The translations under genes were made by a program, and so were the position numbers. From positions 744,001 to 808,000 of the forward strand of contig CP120457.1 in assembly GCA_034226945.1 (NCBI GenBank): DNA of 64,000 nucleotides, in the 5' to 3' direction. This stretch comes from Picochlorum sp. SENEW3 (Eukaryota). Each line of letters starts with the position of its first letter. Positions within the stretch are counted from its first letter, which is position 1. This document shows, one piece after another, positions 1-12,376 of the stretch. A model generated the notes under the pieces. It made no database searches and was not told the origin of the DNA. It saw nothing but the letters and a program-made list of their open reading frames with translations.

Positions 1-300
1 ACCTGAATGTGAATGTGTGATACGTAAACTCAAAGAAACAAGAACCATTGTTGTAAGAAACGAATTATAGTGGGCTGGCATGTGTATAATAATGATGCAC
101 CAGCCTTGAGAACATGTACATGAGTGGGGTGCTGCATGAATACATGGGATGAGATGTCTCATGCATGAATAGTATCTTTGTTATATTCGGGTCTCGACCG
201 CATTTTGCCGAAATAGAATAATCATTTATGAGTATTTAATAATACGTATTATATAGATACGTACATCTTGTCAGCTGCGTGTAAGACAAGGGATTGAAGC

Positions 301-1476
301 ATGCGCCTTCTCGGGCCGGTATCAACGGTCACCCACGCTCTTCTGCTCCTCTGCATATTCTCAATAGCACATGGTATTCAGACGCATTTTAATGAAAATA
401 TTGATGGATCGAATGAGAAGGGGAGCGAGAAGAAGCATTATTCATCGCACTTTTTACTATACGGGTACGACCACGGTGATATGTTGAATGCAATCGACCT
501 TGCTGTATCTCATCAACACGAACGTGTGTATTGTAGTATGGTTACATTCAGCACATCTGATGGTTCTTTGGACGGGTTTGACAATATGTCGCAGGCGAAT
601 GCTTGTGTTCATGTTGGGGCCCGTGTTGAGCCCATGCACTTGCATGAGGATTATGGTGATTCGCACATCGTTGCTCAGACTGACGGTGTAGACGAACGAT
701 ATATTATCTATGGTGATCATTCTGTTGGAGCCGTGTCTGTTTGCGTCACATTTATTCCGCAGATGAATCGGGGACCTAGCAAACCATACCTCATGGAGAT
801 GAGATACAATCATACCAGCATCAAGGATGACGTGTCGCTTCTGCTTCATATGCATGCTATTCAATACATCTTTAGAAGCAATGAGACGCTAGCCACATGT
901 GTCGCTAGGCAAAAGTTTCTCCTGTCTGCAAATAGGCAGAGGTTGACCATGGACGTTGATATGCAGAGAGACTCGTATCAATTCCAGGGTGGCTCTCAGA
1001 TACAGCTTTATAAAATGAGTATGAATGGTATGGACTTTGAGAGAATAACAGAGGCAGTTTCTGGATGCTACAATGAATCCATGATGATTGAGGATGTTAT
1101 GCTACCACATCAGGCAACATGGCCACACATGCCATGTTCTATGATGAAGAATCAGCGGGTGTTGGACACATCCAAATATCATTCCCTATCATTATCGACC
1201 AAGGATACCATCACAGGTGGGGTTATGGTGGCTTTATTGGTCATCACTGTACTGGTAACGCTATTATACATTCAACTCATTTGGAAGACATCGTCTCATA
1301 GAAGGGAGCATCAGTCTCAGGATCTGGTTGAGGACTCTGATACTATTCCAGCTATTCATAAAGACTGTCATCTTATTGATCGACGCAAAAGTACATGCAT
1401 AGCTACCAAAAATGCATGGAAAAGGGATCCATCAGAGGGAAGACTCTTTCGAGCATCCAAGCAGCGCTTGTCGTAA
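301..1476 (+). CDS. Hypothetical secreted/single-pass membrane protein
   Basis: 391-aa ORF with N-terminal hydrophobic signal-like segment and a C-terminal TM-like segment (GGVMVALLVITVLVTLLYIQLIW); no family recognised. Confidence 0.6.
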   Translation: MRLLGPVSTVTHALLLLCIFSIAHGIQTHFNENIDGSNEKGSEKKHYSSHFLLYGYDHGDMLNAIDLAVSHQHERVYCSMVTFSTSDGSLDGFDNMSQANACVHVGARVEPMHLHEDYGDSHIVAQTDGVDERYIIYGDHSVGAVSVCVTFIPQMNRGPSKPYLMEMRYNHTSIKDDVSLLLHMHAIQYIFRSNETLATCVARQKFLLSANRQRLTMDVDMQRDSYQFQGGSQIQLYKMSMNGMDFERITEAVSGCYNESMMIEDVMLPHQATWPHMPCSMMKNQRVLDTSKYHSLSLSTKDTITGGVMVALLVITVLVTLLYIQLIWKTSSHRREHQSQDLVEDSDTIPAIHKDCHLIDRRKSTCIATKNAWKRDPSEGRLFRASKQRLS

Positions 1477-1960
1477 TTAATTCGTATGCACTCATTACTT
1501 TGCATGGAGTTTTGTAAACATAGAGAGGATGAGTGTAAATGTAGCATCTACATTATAGACTCGAATCACGTGACGTGCCTCAATGTGGGCTACACTACTT
1601 CAGTGCACCTGTGTGTCAGCCACCTCTTTGAATACAATACAAATGGTGCAGTTTGCAAATATTAGGAAGCATTGTATCCCCCATCCTTATCGAAATTGCA
1701 AGATGGGTGAAAATAGATTATCAAAAAAGTCGAATTGACTCTCAGAATTTCGATCCATCCACCCATGCATAGGTATGCACCATAGATGGTCTGTACCGCT
1801 CTGTATTGTACCATCCAATATAGGATGGCCACGAAGATATCGTGGCCGCTGAGCAGATGCTGAAGAACTTCAGATTGCACAGGTTATTGACGTAGAAACC
1901 GTTAAAAAGGCGTAAAATCGTACTTGCATATATTTACACCTGTCGAATTCGCAAAACACA

Positions 1961-3673
1961 ATGACATTGAAGATATTTATAGGGTTCTTCACTATCTGGC
2001 TTTTCGCGGACTCTGCTGTCAAATTTGCCCGCTGCGAAATAGCAAAAAATACTGGAGTTCAATCATGTCTGATGGATAAGAAAGATCAAGGGTCTTTGGT
2101 TGTTGAGATGATCTTCCCCGGAAACTTGTCCTTGTATCCCGTCGCAAGGCGCACCACCAGCTTGCTGCACTCCAATTGGCCTGTGGGTATTGTATATCCA
2201 AAGACTGAGCAAGATATTCGGGAGGCACTTGCCTGTGCCACTGAATATGAAACCAAAGTGGCAGCTAGGTGCGGAGGGCATGGTAATGCAGGCCAAGCTG
2301 TATTGACAGGGGGCCTCACCCTTGACCTGAGGGAAATGAATGCTGTCTCGTTTGTCAACGATTCTATGGACTTGGTCCGGGTTCAGGCAGGGGCAACGGC
2401 TGGTAGCGCCGTCTACTGGACCTACAGATTGAGTAACGGAACTAGAAGTTTGCCAGTGGGGCAAAAGCCCTCAGTTGGGATTGCTGGGTTGACGTTGGGT
2501 GGGGGATTTGGTTTTAGTACCAGACATACAGGCTTGTTGTGTGATAGGCTTCAGTCTGTCAGAATGATTCTGGCTGATGGCACGGCAGTGAATGCTTCCA
2601 AGGAGGAAAACAGTGATTTGTTCTGGAGCAGCTGTGGTGGCGGTGGCGGAAACTATGGGATTGTTACTGAGTTTGTTTTCAGGCCCTCCAACGTAGACAG
2701 TGACTACACAGAATTTGTATACCTTATGCCATTAGTCAAGGAGTATGCGACACCTGTGGTAGACTATTACCAAGACTGGTCCATGGTCATGGATAATAGG
2801 GCTACAGCAAACCTGGAGATTGGTAGCGTACTGGAAAGTGATGTTGATGAACATTTTGTGGAAGGCATCGCATATTGGTTGAGCGAATTTGCAGAGGGAG
2901 TCTTTAATGGAACAGAAGAATTTTTGCAGGATGTGCCTACTTCAATCGCAAAACAATGGAGGGATGAGGGCCAAATGAAGTTTTTGATGATTGTTGGATT
3001 TTTCAGGGGAAATGAGACTGAATTTAACAAAGCTCTACGAGCTTCAGGACTAACAAACTCAACTCCTATTCAAATTCAAGGATTCTATACGAATCAAGGA
3101 ACTATTTTAGACGCTGTTTTGGATCTGTCTGGCTGGGACACGCCAAATGCAGAGAGCTTGTTGGATAGGTTTGAACAGGAGCACACCTACTACAAGTACA
3201 AGTCCATGTTTCTAGAGGAGAAATTAAGTGCTGATGTGGTAGATATTTTGATTGATCATGCATATTTCAATTCTTCAGAAAGTGTTGTCTTTGAATTCCA
3301 AAGTCTGGGAGGGAGTACCTCTGCTTTTGCTGCTGTCAGTCCAACAGATACAGCATTTGCCCATCGAAATGCCCGTCATTGCTTGATGTTCAAATCCAAT
3401 GGCAAGTCATTAGAGTCTGGAACAAACGCTATGGGAAGAATGTGGAGCTTGTGGAACGAAATTTTGCCGTCTATCAAAGGAGGGGCTGCCTATGTCAATC
3501 ATATGGATACTGACATCACCCAGTATGAGAAAGCATATTATGGGCTATCTGGATACGGCTTATCTGATGCAAATGCTCAGTTTGTGACCATAAATCGTCT
3601 GGCAGGTATTAGCGCCGAGTACGACCCCGCCGGGAGATTTTCATCTGCTCAGCCATGTTGCACCAGAGTGTAG
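1961..3673 (+). CDS. Secreted FAD-linked oxidoreductase, berberine bridge enzyme (BBE)-like
   Basis: Signal peptide; ARCGGH FAD-attachment motif; VGIAGLTLGGGFG; DLFWSSCGGGGGNYGIVT; C-terminal AYVNHMD..YDP BBE-like region; intronless. Confidence 0.9.
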   Translation: MTLKIFIGFFTIWLFADSAVKFARCEIAKNTGVQSCLMDKKDQGSLVVEMIFPGNLSLYPVARRTTSLLHSNWPVGIVYPKTEQDIREALACATEYETKVAARCGGHGNAGQAVLTGGLTLDLREMNAVSFVNDSMDLVRVQAGATAGSAVYWTYRLSNGTRSLPVGQKPSVGIAGLTLGGGFGFSTRHTGLLCDRLQSVRMILADGTAVNASKEENSDLFWSSCGGGGGNYGIVTEFVFRPSNVDSDYTEFVYLMPLVKEYATPVVDYYQDWSMVMDNRATANLEIGSVLESDVDEHFVEGIAYWLSEFAEGVFNGTEEFLQDVPTSIAKQWRDEGQMKFLMIVGFFRGNETEFNKALRASGLTNSTPIQIQGFYTNQGTILDAVLDLSGWDTPNAESLLDRFEQEHTYYKYKSMFLEEKLSADVVDILIDHAYFNSSESVVFEFQSLGGSTSAFAAVSPTDTAFAHRNARHCLMFKSNGKSLESGTNAMGRMWSLWNEILPSIKGGAAYVNHMDTDITQYEKAYYGLSGYGLSDANAQFVTINRLAGISAEYDPAGRFSSAQPCCTRV

Positions 3674-3975
3674 TTGCTTGCAGGTGAACACCACTTCTGT
3701 TCGCACACACAATCCGGCAACAAATACACAAGAGAGACTTCGAGCAACAATATGCAGTTTCTTTATAGCATGCTCTCATAACGACCATATGGAAGAATAT
3801 GAGCAACAAAGCAAATAAAGGCACAGGTATTGTGCTGCCATCCTTGTTAGCACTAGTGCCAACACTTGTCATGGCATGTGTACTCAATACTATTTTTGAT
3901 CCTCTTAAACAAAAGATAGCGCTACTGGAAAATAAAAGAGAACAGGAAAAAGAGACACTACTACTGTGCAAACAA

Positions 3976-5362
3976 CTACTCACAACCCCAGAAGAGACAA
4001 AACAGACCAAACAGGTTGAAATTGCACACGCACGATTGATGCAATGGGCATTCTGTAAATCCAAACAGACCACAAATTTCAGGTACTTCTGGATTTGTTG
4101 TCGTCTCCTTGACAGGATATGACGCTGCCTGATACAGACCACAGACTCCAGCAGGCTTTGATGATGTCTGTGCAAGCTTGAAATACCCAGATTCTCCCCA
4201 TTCTGGTCCCCAACTATTCTTTACAATCCAATGAGCACCATTCTTCCCCCCAGCATCATCATACCCAACCACCAAAACTCCATGATTCAACTGCTGACAG
4301 CAGCTCTTATCTGTCAACACCCCAGAATGGTAGAACTGAAGTGCTGGAGATGCACAGATCCCAACGGATACCGGTTGATTTGCAACAGCCTTTTTCAGCG
4401 CCTCGGCATCATTCTCTGGCACATCCTCATGCCCATCAATGGTGACAGCAGTCCTATCATGCTCCCTACGACTCTGGCAAGGAATCCCCCATGCCCAATA
4501 CCCGTAGTCATTTTCGGTATCAATCCCTCCATTTTTCACCACATAATCAAAAGCAAAATCCATCAATCCACCTCCACATCCCATATCCTGCTCCGTATCG
4601 CAACTCACCAACTGTTGCTCTGACAAACTCACAAGCTCTCCGGTCTGAATTTTATTAATACCCTCAATAGCACCAACCGCTGAAAATGCCCAACTGCAAT
4701 AAGAAGAAAAAATGATAAGACGCCCACCACCTGCAACCATGCCCTCAACAATCATGACCGTACCAACTCCCACACATGCCCTGATTCTTCACCTCAGTCA
4801 CAACACCCTCCTTCCTCCAATCCACCGCATCTGGGACATCAGAATTCGCGTGACGGAAAACCCCATTCTTCTGCTCGCCACTTTTCAAATCATACTTCAA
4901 CCCAAGACTCATTGACTCAAACTCCTCAAACGTCATATCAGCAAACTGATTCAAAGACATCACAAACGTCGACAATGGATCCGCATTATGCTTCTGAATA
5001 ACATCCGCATTTTGTTTAAATACCTGGAATCGTTCCGTTTTCTCCTTCTCGTGCTCATACGCCTTGCCAAACTTTTTCATCCAAAGTTCAAACACGTCCA
5101 ACGGACTCTCAGAAAACCTCTTCGCATGAGCATCCGTATTCAGCATCAATACACCATTATCCTCCACGGATGTAAATGTGCCCTCCTGTCGAACATCATC
5201 CTCTGTCGACACCAAACGAGCATCTCCATGAAATCCGTGACTAGCCGTCAAACGACGACGCTGAGAGTCCGCAGACAACTCCCTCGCAGCACTCACCCTA
5301 TTCACATTGATGACTACTGCTAAAACTATCAAAATAACCAGGAATCCTGCGTTCCGAGGCAT
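3976..5362 (-). CDS. Papain-family (C1A) cysteine protease with I29 prodomain and Cys-rich C-terminal tail; 2 exons (intron 4694-4763)
   Basis: ERFNIN-like prodomain (ERFQVFKQN); VDWRKEG; QGMCGSCWAFS rebuilt across the intron; NHGV His; KNSWG Asn. Confidence 0.93.
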
Positions 5363-5660
5363 TGTTAAAGTGTTCTTTGTGTGTTATGTACCGGTGTAAT
5401 ACTATTGAATTGCTGTCTCGTCTTCTACGGCGTCAGTGTGCTGTTGAACAATAGATGAAAGCGTAAATCTAATTTCGTACTGGATATACCCTCTACTGGC
5501 CCTGGACTGGTGATACGCCATTCTTCAATGTCGGACCCTACAGGAGTCTCTTTGGGACAAAGTATTTCGATAGTCGATTTGGAATTCAAATCACTGCCAT
5601 GATATAACATCTCAGGCTAGTCACAAGGCCTTTATACAATCTAAATAACCACAGATTTCA

Positions 5661-7504
5661 TTGTCATGGTATTCTGATGTGGGCGAGGAGAGAATAGCAC
5701 GGTTGGCCATGGGAAGTGGCACACGGCTTGCTACGCTTATTAGCAAGTCTACATTCAAGGGTAAAAAATCAAGTAAAATACTGAATGGAACTAATGGAAA
5801 CGGCACTGGGGAGCATGGTGTGACTCGGGAGGAGTTGGAGTGGGATGAGCATGGGCGTCTGTTGAACTGGGACAGGGTGCTGACATGGGTAGCCAGAAGG
5901 GTGTGTGCATGGTAGATATGGATATTTATATATATGTACGAGGGTTTTATTGTTGGATGGCCATGCTGTAGGGTGTTGCGTCGGATGACAAGAGTTTGTT
6001 GTGGCCATTTTTGTTGGGAGTGTTTTCGCCAACGTCGACTTTTGAGGAGCGGGCGGTTGAGCTGCAGAGGTTGAAGAATGTGTATACAAAGCTTGTGTTT
6101 GTATGTGAGGAGTTTGATTCGGAGATTGAGGCGATCAAGATGGGGAAGGGGGAGGAGAAGGGTGCGTCATCTCCAGCAAAGATTAAGATATCCCGGCGTG
6201 ATGATGCTATGATTCGTGCGATTGAGGATAGTGTTAGCACGCCTAGAGGAGGGGGTGTATCGTCGTCGTGTGAGTCATCTCCTGAGAAGCAGGTGGCTGG
6301 GCAGTCTCCTCGGTTATCAGGAAATTATGCATCATTTGCTGAAGCCCATAGAATCATCGTGATGGATGCCGTGCGGACTGATATGAAGAATATATCGAAT
6401 TCGATTTCATCTTCGAGAATGATGAAGGAACAGGGCATGCCTCAGTCTTGGGAGATTGACCAATTGAAGATTGCAAAGCAGTTTTCCAACAATGCTGCTA
6501 CATCAAACTCCCATGTTACAGTTTTGCCGGTCTCTGTGTGTGAAGGGTTGCCGGAACTGATGCTTGTGGACCCACCGCAGCCTAAACCATCCCAAGCGGT
6601 GGCAACTGGGGAGCCGCCCGTGTGGAGGAGCAAGTTGGCATTGCAGATGATTGATGGGTCACGGCATCTCACATCAGCATGTAGACTATTAATGATGCGC
6701 TTGGTAAATGTTCTGTCCGCATATGCAGTGCATGATCCAGAAAACGGGTATTGTCAGGGTATGAGCGACCTGGCTGCCGTGTTTGTGTGCCTTGAAGATG
6801 AGGATGCACTTGCATTTGCATGTTTTGAAAAGTTCATGCGGACAGTGCGACAGAATTTCAAGCATGATGAGTCTGGTATTAAACAACAGCTGATTCAGGT
6901 ATCGGAAATAATCGCCGATACAGATGCTGAATTGTATAAAAAGCTCGTGTCCCTGGAAGCCCACGATTGCATGTTTGCATACAGGATGATTGTGGTTCTG
7001 CTGCGTAGAGAACTTCCTTTACAAGAGACTCTGACATTATGGGAAGTTTCGTGGGCATTTGATACTTTACAAATGAACGACCATCGTGGAAGTTCGAGTG
7101 GATCTGAGTTTCCAAACTCTAGAACAATATCACTGTTGGGGAGCAAGAGTAATTCTGCATCATCCCTGAACTCCACAGTGGAGGGTATGAACAAGTTATT
7201 TATCGAAAATTCTAGCGAGAATGAATTGAGGAATATGAAACGGTCTGCAAGTGCTTCAAAAAGCAAATGGAGAGGGCACGAGCTGAAGTGCAATGCGTCT
7301 CCCCCAGGCTTTCTCTTGCAGTTTGTTGCTGCGGTGATCAAGACATATAGAAAAAAAATATTAAAGGAATGCAGAGAATCAGATGATATTTTACGCCTGT
7401 TCAACAGAATCGATATCGACTTCTGGGGAACCCTTGCAGTTGCAAGAAAACAACACAAGGCGTACCACCAAGGCATTGCAGTTATGCAAAGTCTGTACTC
7501 GTGA
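5661..7504 (+). CDS. TBC-domain Rab GTPase-activating protein; multi-exon, start uncertain
   Basis: LWPFLLG, IVMDAVRTD (IxxDxxR), GYCQGMSDL (YxQ), FAYRMIVVLLRREL. Confidence 0.88.
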
Positions 7505-7559
7505 GATGTAACAATAGAGAGCAATTACAACTATATGAAACAAAACAGAAGCATATTCA

Positions 7560-8342
7560 TTATACAAGAAGAACAGCATTGATGCAACCATCATTTTCTG
7601 GGTTGTTGGTCACCTGTGCATACTTTCCCCAAACAACCTTACCCCCTGGTGTCACGAGACCGAGCTCAGAGACATTCACTTCAATGATGGACCCTTTTGT
7701 AATGACACCTAATGATGTGTACGCTTGGCCATTTGGATTCTTCTTGACACCCAAAATTTCCAACTGAAGGGTCACCTTGAGTTCAGGGTGTGTCACATGT
7801 GCAGTCTTCATACGCAGACCAGTTGGTCTGATGAATCTCTCATACTTTGGAGGCTTACGAGTGAAACCCTGAGGAACAAACGTAACTTTAGTAACCATAC
7901 GCTTCCATTCCTTTCTCTTCCTCTTTCCAGTCTTTAGAACCTTGAACATCTCGTCCTCTGCAACAGGACGAACCTTGGGTAGAGGAACCTCCCATTTTCC
8001 CGCCTTTTCTTTCCTCTTCTGTTTAATAGTGTTACTAAGCACTTTGGCGCGATCAACATGCTCTCTCTCCAACAGATACGCTGGCACAGCACTTCCCTCT
8101 TGAGCATCCTTGACCTTCTTCTTTGTATCCTTTTGCTCATGCATAGCAATCGTCTTCTTCATCGTTGCCTTCTCCACAGCCCTCTGCTTGGCAAAGATCT
8201 TACCCTTGATACCCAAAGCGCTTTGAGCAATCGCGGATCGTTTCTTTACTGCACGAGCTTCACGCTTTCGCGTGCGCTCCTCATAATCTAATTGGCGACC
8301 ATAGCGCTTCCTATGGAGTTCAATATGCTCTCCCTGAGGCAT
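7560..8342 (-). CDS. NSA2: Ribosome biogenesis protein NSA2
   Basis: MPQGEHIE...[11 protein letters not shown]...[15 protein letters not shown], highly conserved NSA2 sequence. Confidence 0.97.
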   Translation of the reverse strand: MPQGEHIELHRKRYGRQLDYEERTRKREARAVKKRSAIAQSALGIKGKIFAKQRAVEKATMKKTIAMHEQKDTKKKVKDAQEGSAVPAYLLEREHVDRAKVLSNTIKQKRKEKAGKWEVPLPKVRPVAEDEMFKVLKTGKRKRKEWKRMVTKVTFVPQGFTRKPPKYERFIRPTGLRMKTAHVTHPELKVTLQLEILGVKKNPNGQAYTSLGVITKGSIIEVNVSELGLVTPGGKVVWGKYAQVTNNPENDGCINAVLLV

Positions 8343-8598
8343 ATTATCCTACTCTATAATCTACTGCTGGAGAACAATGCTAAAACCGAGTGTTTCGTCA
8401 AAGCACAGACGGTGTCTCAGATGTCGAGGCAGTCTTCACTGACTTACGTAGCAATGACGCGGTAAACTCAATAAGTGGACAATATATTAAAATTAATCCA
8501 CGAATGAATTGAACGAGATGCGGTCAGGAGCGAGCATGCATGCATGCAGCAACACCGGCGCAGCAACTGGCCTTAAATAGATACTTTATGTCAAATGG

Positions 8599-9264
8599 AT
8601 GCGCACCCATATGGCTCGATTTCATCTCCATGTCAAACGCAACATAAAAGATATGATGAGATTTGTGGCTTGTAGACAAATTTTACAACAATGTACTACA
8701 AGTACTGCCTGTTCTCTGAGTGCCAGGCAGCAAGCCTCCACTCTCTTGCCAAGGAGGAGACAGTGCAGGGCGACATGTTCCAAAGGCGACGGTGAGAATA
8801 GTCCTGATGATGGAAACAAATATTCTACTTCCGAAGATGATGTAGTTGGATTTGGCAGGGTCATCAGGGATCCTCGAAAGACCAAGACTGACATTTTGAG
8901 GGAGTCTCTAGTCAAGGATGAGAAGGGAGGGAATGGTGTAGAAAAGACTGGCAAACCAGTCATATTGGATAGTAATCAAAGCGAAGCACAATGGGAGCAG
9001 CTAGACGAGCATATCAACGAGTATCCAGGATTACGTTCTTTCAAAACTATTGGTATGGGTGGGGATGATTTTGTCAAGGCCATGAGAGCCTGTGTTGAAA
9101 TCGTGCTTGGCAAAGTTGGAGATGATGTCGTGGCAACAAAACTCAGCTCAGGTGGAAAGTATATTTCTGTGACATTTGGACCTGTTCGCATCGACAGCCC
9201 CGAGCAAATGAAGGAAATTTATGAGAGGATGCAGCAGGACGGGCGTATGAAGTTTTTCATCTAA
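8599..9264 (+). CDS. DUF493 (YbeD-like) protein, likely organelle-targeted; start may be 8653
   Basis: C-terminal EYPGLRSFKTIG...SSGGKYISVT...DGRMKFFI pattern; transit-peptide-like N-terminus. Confidence 0.78.
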   Translation: MRTHMARFHLHVKRNIKDMMRFVACRQILQQCTTSTACSLSARQQASTLLPRRRQCRATCSKGDGENSPDDGNKYSTSEDDVVGFGRVIRDPRKTKTDILRESLVKDEKGGNGVEKTGKPVILDSNQSEAQWEQLDEHINEYPGLRSFKTIGMGGDDFVKAMRACVEIVLGKVGDDVVATKLSSGGKYISVTFGPVRIDSPEQMKEIYERMQQDGRMKFFI

Positions 9265-9276
9265 ACAAGTATCATT

Positions 9277-10661
9277 TCATAGTCCAAACACATGCACTCT
9301 ATTCGTTATTTCGCGCCTACATGCTGGACACGAGGTGCTTTCGTATTTTTCATTGCAATCCTTGCAGGCAATTGCACAAGCCCTGTATGATGACAGAAGA
9401 AACCTGTTAGTGCTGCACATTGTCTTGCTCTCAATACAATGCATTCGTACGTTTGATTCGCATGACAAAATATCACTTCGATTTTTTTATCCATACATAT
9501 AAGACACTCAGATTGTCCGCCAACAGCACTCGTAGTAGTAGTACTATTGTTGGTTGCAACACCGTCATCAGACGCATCCTGCTGCTGCTGCTGTTGGACA
9601 GGGGGTGGGTCTTGTCTTCTCTCAGAAGAAGATGGTGCATCTCTCTGAACTGATTCAATATCCTCCTGTTCTTGTAAAGCTCTAGCTAAAGCAGCATCAT
9701 TTTCAGTCGACGGTATCTCTCGCAGTTCTGGTGCAGACTGCTGTTCGAGCAATGGAGGAGGCTGGGTAGCCCAGTGTTCTGTCATCGCAGCAGAACTACC
9801 CCTTGAGGATTCTGTCAAACCTAAAGAAGAAGACCAATTAATATACGATACCATTTCCGACACAATAGTCGAATCTCCTGATGATGAAGGTCTAAAATAT
9901 AGCACGAATCTACCATCCCTCTTGGTTGTGTATGCACCATGCACATTGGGATGACCATGGCAGAGCCGTATTTGAACATCAAAGGGCGATGAAGCTCGTC
10001 TCGGACGATACGATTGAATATCCCTTGAAAACAGAGCCTCAGCGTGATCGAGCCAGACTTTGCACACAGCATTGGAACTCGCCAGATTATCGTAACACAG
10101 CAGCACAACGCGCACCACAGGCTGCTGGTTCACACACCCACCTCCATGATATCGCAATCTCTGTGCAATCACGACCCATCTATCCACCCAATCAGATGCA
10201 ATGCCAAACCGTGAAACCTTTTGACTCACCCGCGCAGAAAAAAGCGCCTTTGACTCCATATACCTCAACAGATCCACATTCTGTTGCTTACATGCTATAT
10301 CCATTGCCGTAATTCCCTGCACGTTCTCGATAAAAGGGCTTGACCCATTATCAATAAGATATCGAACAATCCCATACCGGCGATGAGCCACTGCCGCATG
10401 CAGGGCAGTCCCCTGCGCTGCGTCCATATCATCCAAGGATGCTGAACCTCCATGCCTCACCAATAGTTCAACAATCTCATAATTCCCTCTCTTTGCCGCC
10501 AACATCAACGCTGTCCTCCCACACCCATCCTTATGATGGATTAACACCGCTCTGTTCCTTTGAAATTCAGGAGAAACCTGCTCTAGCCTCTCCAAGTAGC
10601 TCTGCAACATGAAGCATTCCCCAGTCAAGAGGACAGGCCACGGATGAAGAAAAAAAAACAA
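9277..10661 (-). CDS. Ankyrin-repeat plus C-terminal RING protein (XBAT-like E3 ligase); multi-exon, start uncertain
   Basis: GRTALMLAA and GTALHAAV ankyrin repeats; RING CLICMD...CH split by an intron from CAIACKDC...CPACR. Confidence 0.78.
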
Positions 10662-11212
10662 AAAAAAACTTTTTTGGGGAAAAAGTCAAACCACCCTTTG
10701 AACACACGCTCCTGAACTCAAACATTCCCAACCACCGATCCTCTGTCTCAATTATATATATGAAGATCTAAACTATACCTTGAGTGTCGTAAAATCCCCT
10801 TTTCGAACGAGTCTGTGAATCGTACGCGGTATTGCATCGTGAGACCCAGCTACCACCGTGGCAGACGGGTCTCCTGGAAAACAAGACTGTGAGCCCCCTA
10901 TAGTTACCCAATTATCAGCAAGATCAATTCAATAGATCACACCTGTGGTACAAACATCTCTTGAATACAAACATCCAAGTCTTGGATACAAACAGGACAC
11001 ATGGTTGCTTCCCATGAACACACGTGTTTGATCGTACAAGAATTCTAGGGAAGCGCGCTCTCAGTTCAAGAAGGACAGCCGAGCAATACAGCCATACAGC
11101 ACAATATACCAATAATAATAACAATACTACTATTAAAAGAAGAAGAAGGAAAGAATCAGGGGGATCCTGTCCGATATAAGCGAGTGTTTGTTGTTGTCGA
11201 CAACCAACGACC

Positions 11213-12176
11213 ATGGCAGACCAGACGCAGGACACTGGATTTTTAACCGCACGGATTGATTTACAAGGATTAGAAAAAGATCTTAATTCATTTAAAGACA
11301 AGCTGGATGGGTGGTCTGATGCTATAGTGCGGAAGACAGAGGCGGAAAAGGTCCAGCACGTTCGGGAGATGCAAAAACTGTCAGGTATAGGGTTTTACAA
11401 TCGCTTGTATCAAAATTGGGATATATATTTAATTATCTGGGTATTCTGTGCAGAAACAATCCAACAGATTCAGAAGGAGCATGATGCTCTGTCCCAACAG
11501 GCTCTTGTCGTTCGTCAACGTACGTCTGTGACAATAGTATACCGCGATGTGTATCGTATTTTATAGATGAATGTGTGCTGCAGAATTAGAGAGAGAGGAT
11601 GAGGAGCATGAGGCACTGAAGAAGGCGGTTGAGGAGATTATAGCACGACAGGAGTCACTTCCTGAGTTGATTGCCACGGTGCAAGAGGCACTCGATGCAG
11701 AATCAAACGCATTATGGAGGCGAAAGGCCAAGACAGAGTCAAAAGAAGGGGAGCAGAGCGACTTTTCGAGGGGATTGCAGAAGATTATTGATGCATACTC
11801 GGATCGGTTGGGTCTGACATTGTCTCCGACAGAGAATGGCATGGATATTGTCTATACGCACATTGATAGGAATAATCCGACTCGGAAGTTTAAGGTTTGT
11901 GTCACGTGTGACGATGATGACACATCCACGTACTCGGGTATGTTGCTCTGCCATTGATACAATTGTCATGGCTTGTATATTCATGTCTTCCATCTACCAA
12001 TGTATGTATGTGTGTGTGTGTGTGTTGATTTCTTCCATGGTGTATATGCAGTAACGTCATGCCAGCCGCCGCTGAATGATATGCTGCAGTCTGATATAGA
12101 TGACCTTAATGCTACTGGAGATTTTAGTTCGTTTGTGATGTCTGTTCGAAGGAGATTTGTAGATACCTGTTGTTGA
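11213..12176 (+). CDS. SPC25: Kinetochore protein Spc25-like (NDC80 complex); 4 exons
   Basis: Coiled coil followed by LGLTL...IVYTHIDRNNPTRKFKVCV...VTSCQPPL...LNATGDFSSFVMSVRRRF; GT-AG introns join the ORF fragments. Confidence 0.8.
12002..12025. repeat. (GT)n microsatellite inside an SPC25 intron
   Basis: gtatgtatgtgtgtgtgtgtgtgt. Confidence 0.8.
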
Positions 12177-12376
12177 TGGTATGAGGCAGTTGCGGTGCAA
12201 AGATTGAATATTTTAATTAATTTAATACATGTAGTGTACGTTCATGAAGGGTGTATCTAGGGTAAAACGCAACGAACGACCAGTGCCAGCGTTTCGATCG
12301 AATGTGTACAGTGAGTCGGTATTCGATTGAAAAAGAGGCTATATTTCATTCATTATAGACTATATCATGCACCGTG

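Noticed and set aside
4694..4763. Apparent frameshift and missing catalytic Cys in the papain gene
   Set aside because: A 70-nt GT-AG intron splits the Cys codon (TG|T); the gene is intact
10648..10685. A/T homopolymer runs as a retroposon poly(A) tail
   Set aside because: No target-site duplication or element body; more likely an intron pyrimidine tract or low-complexity sequence
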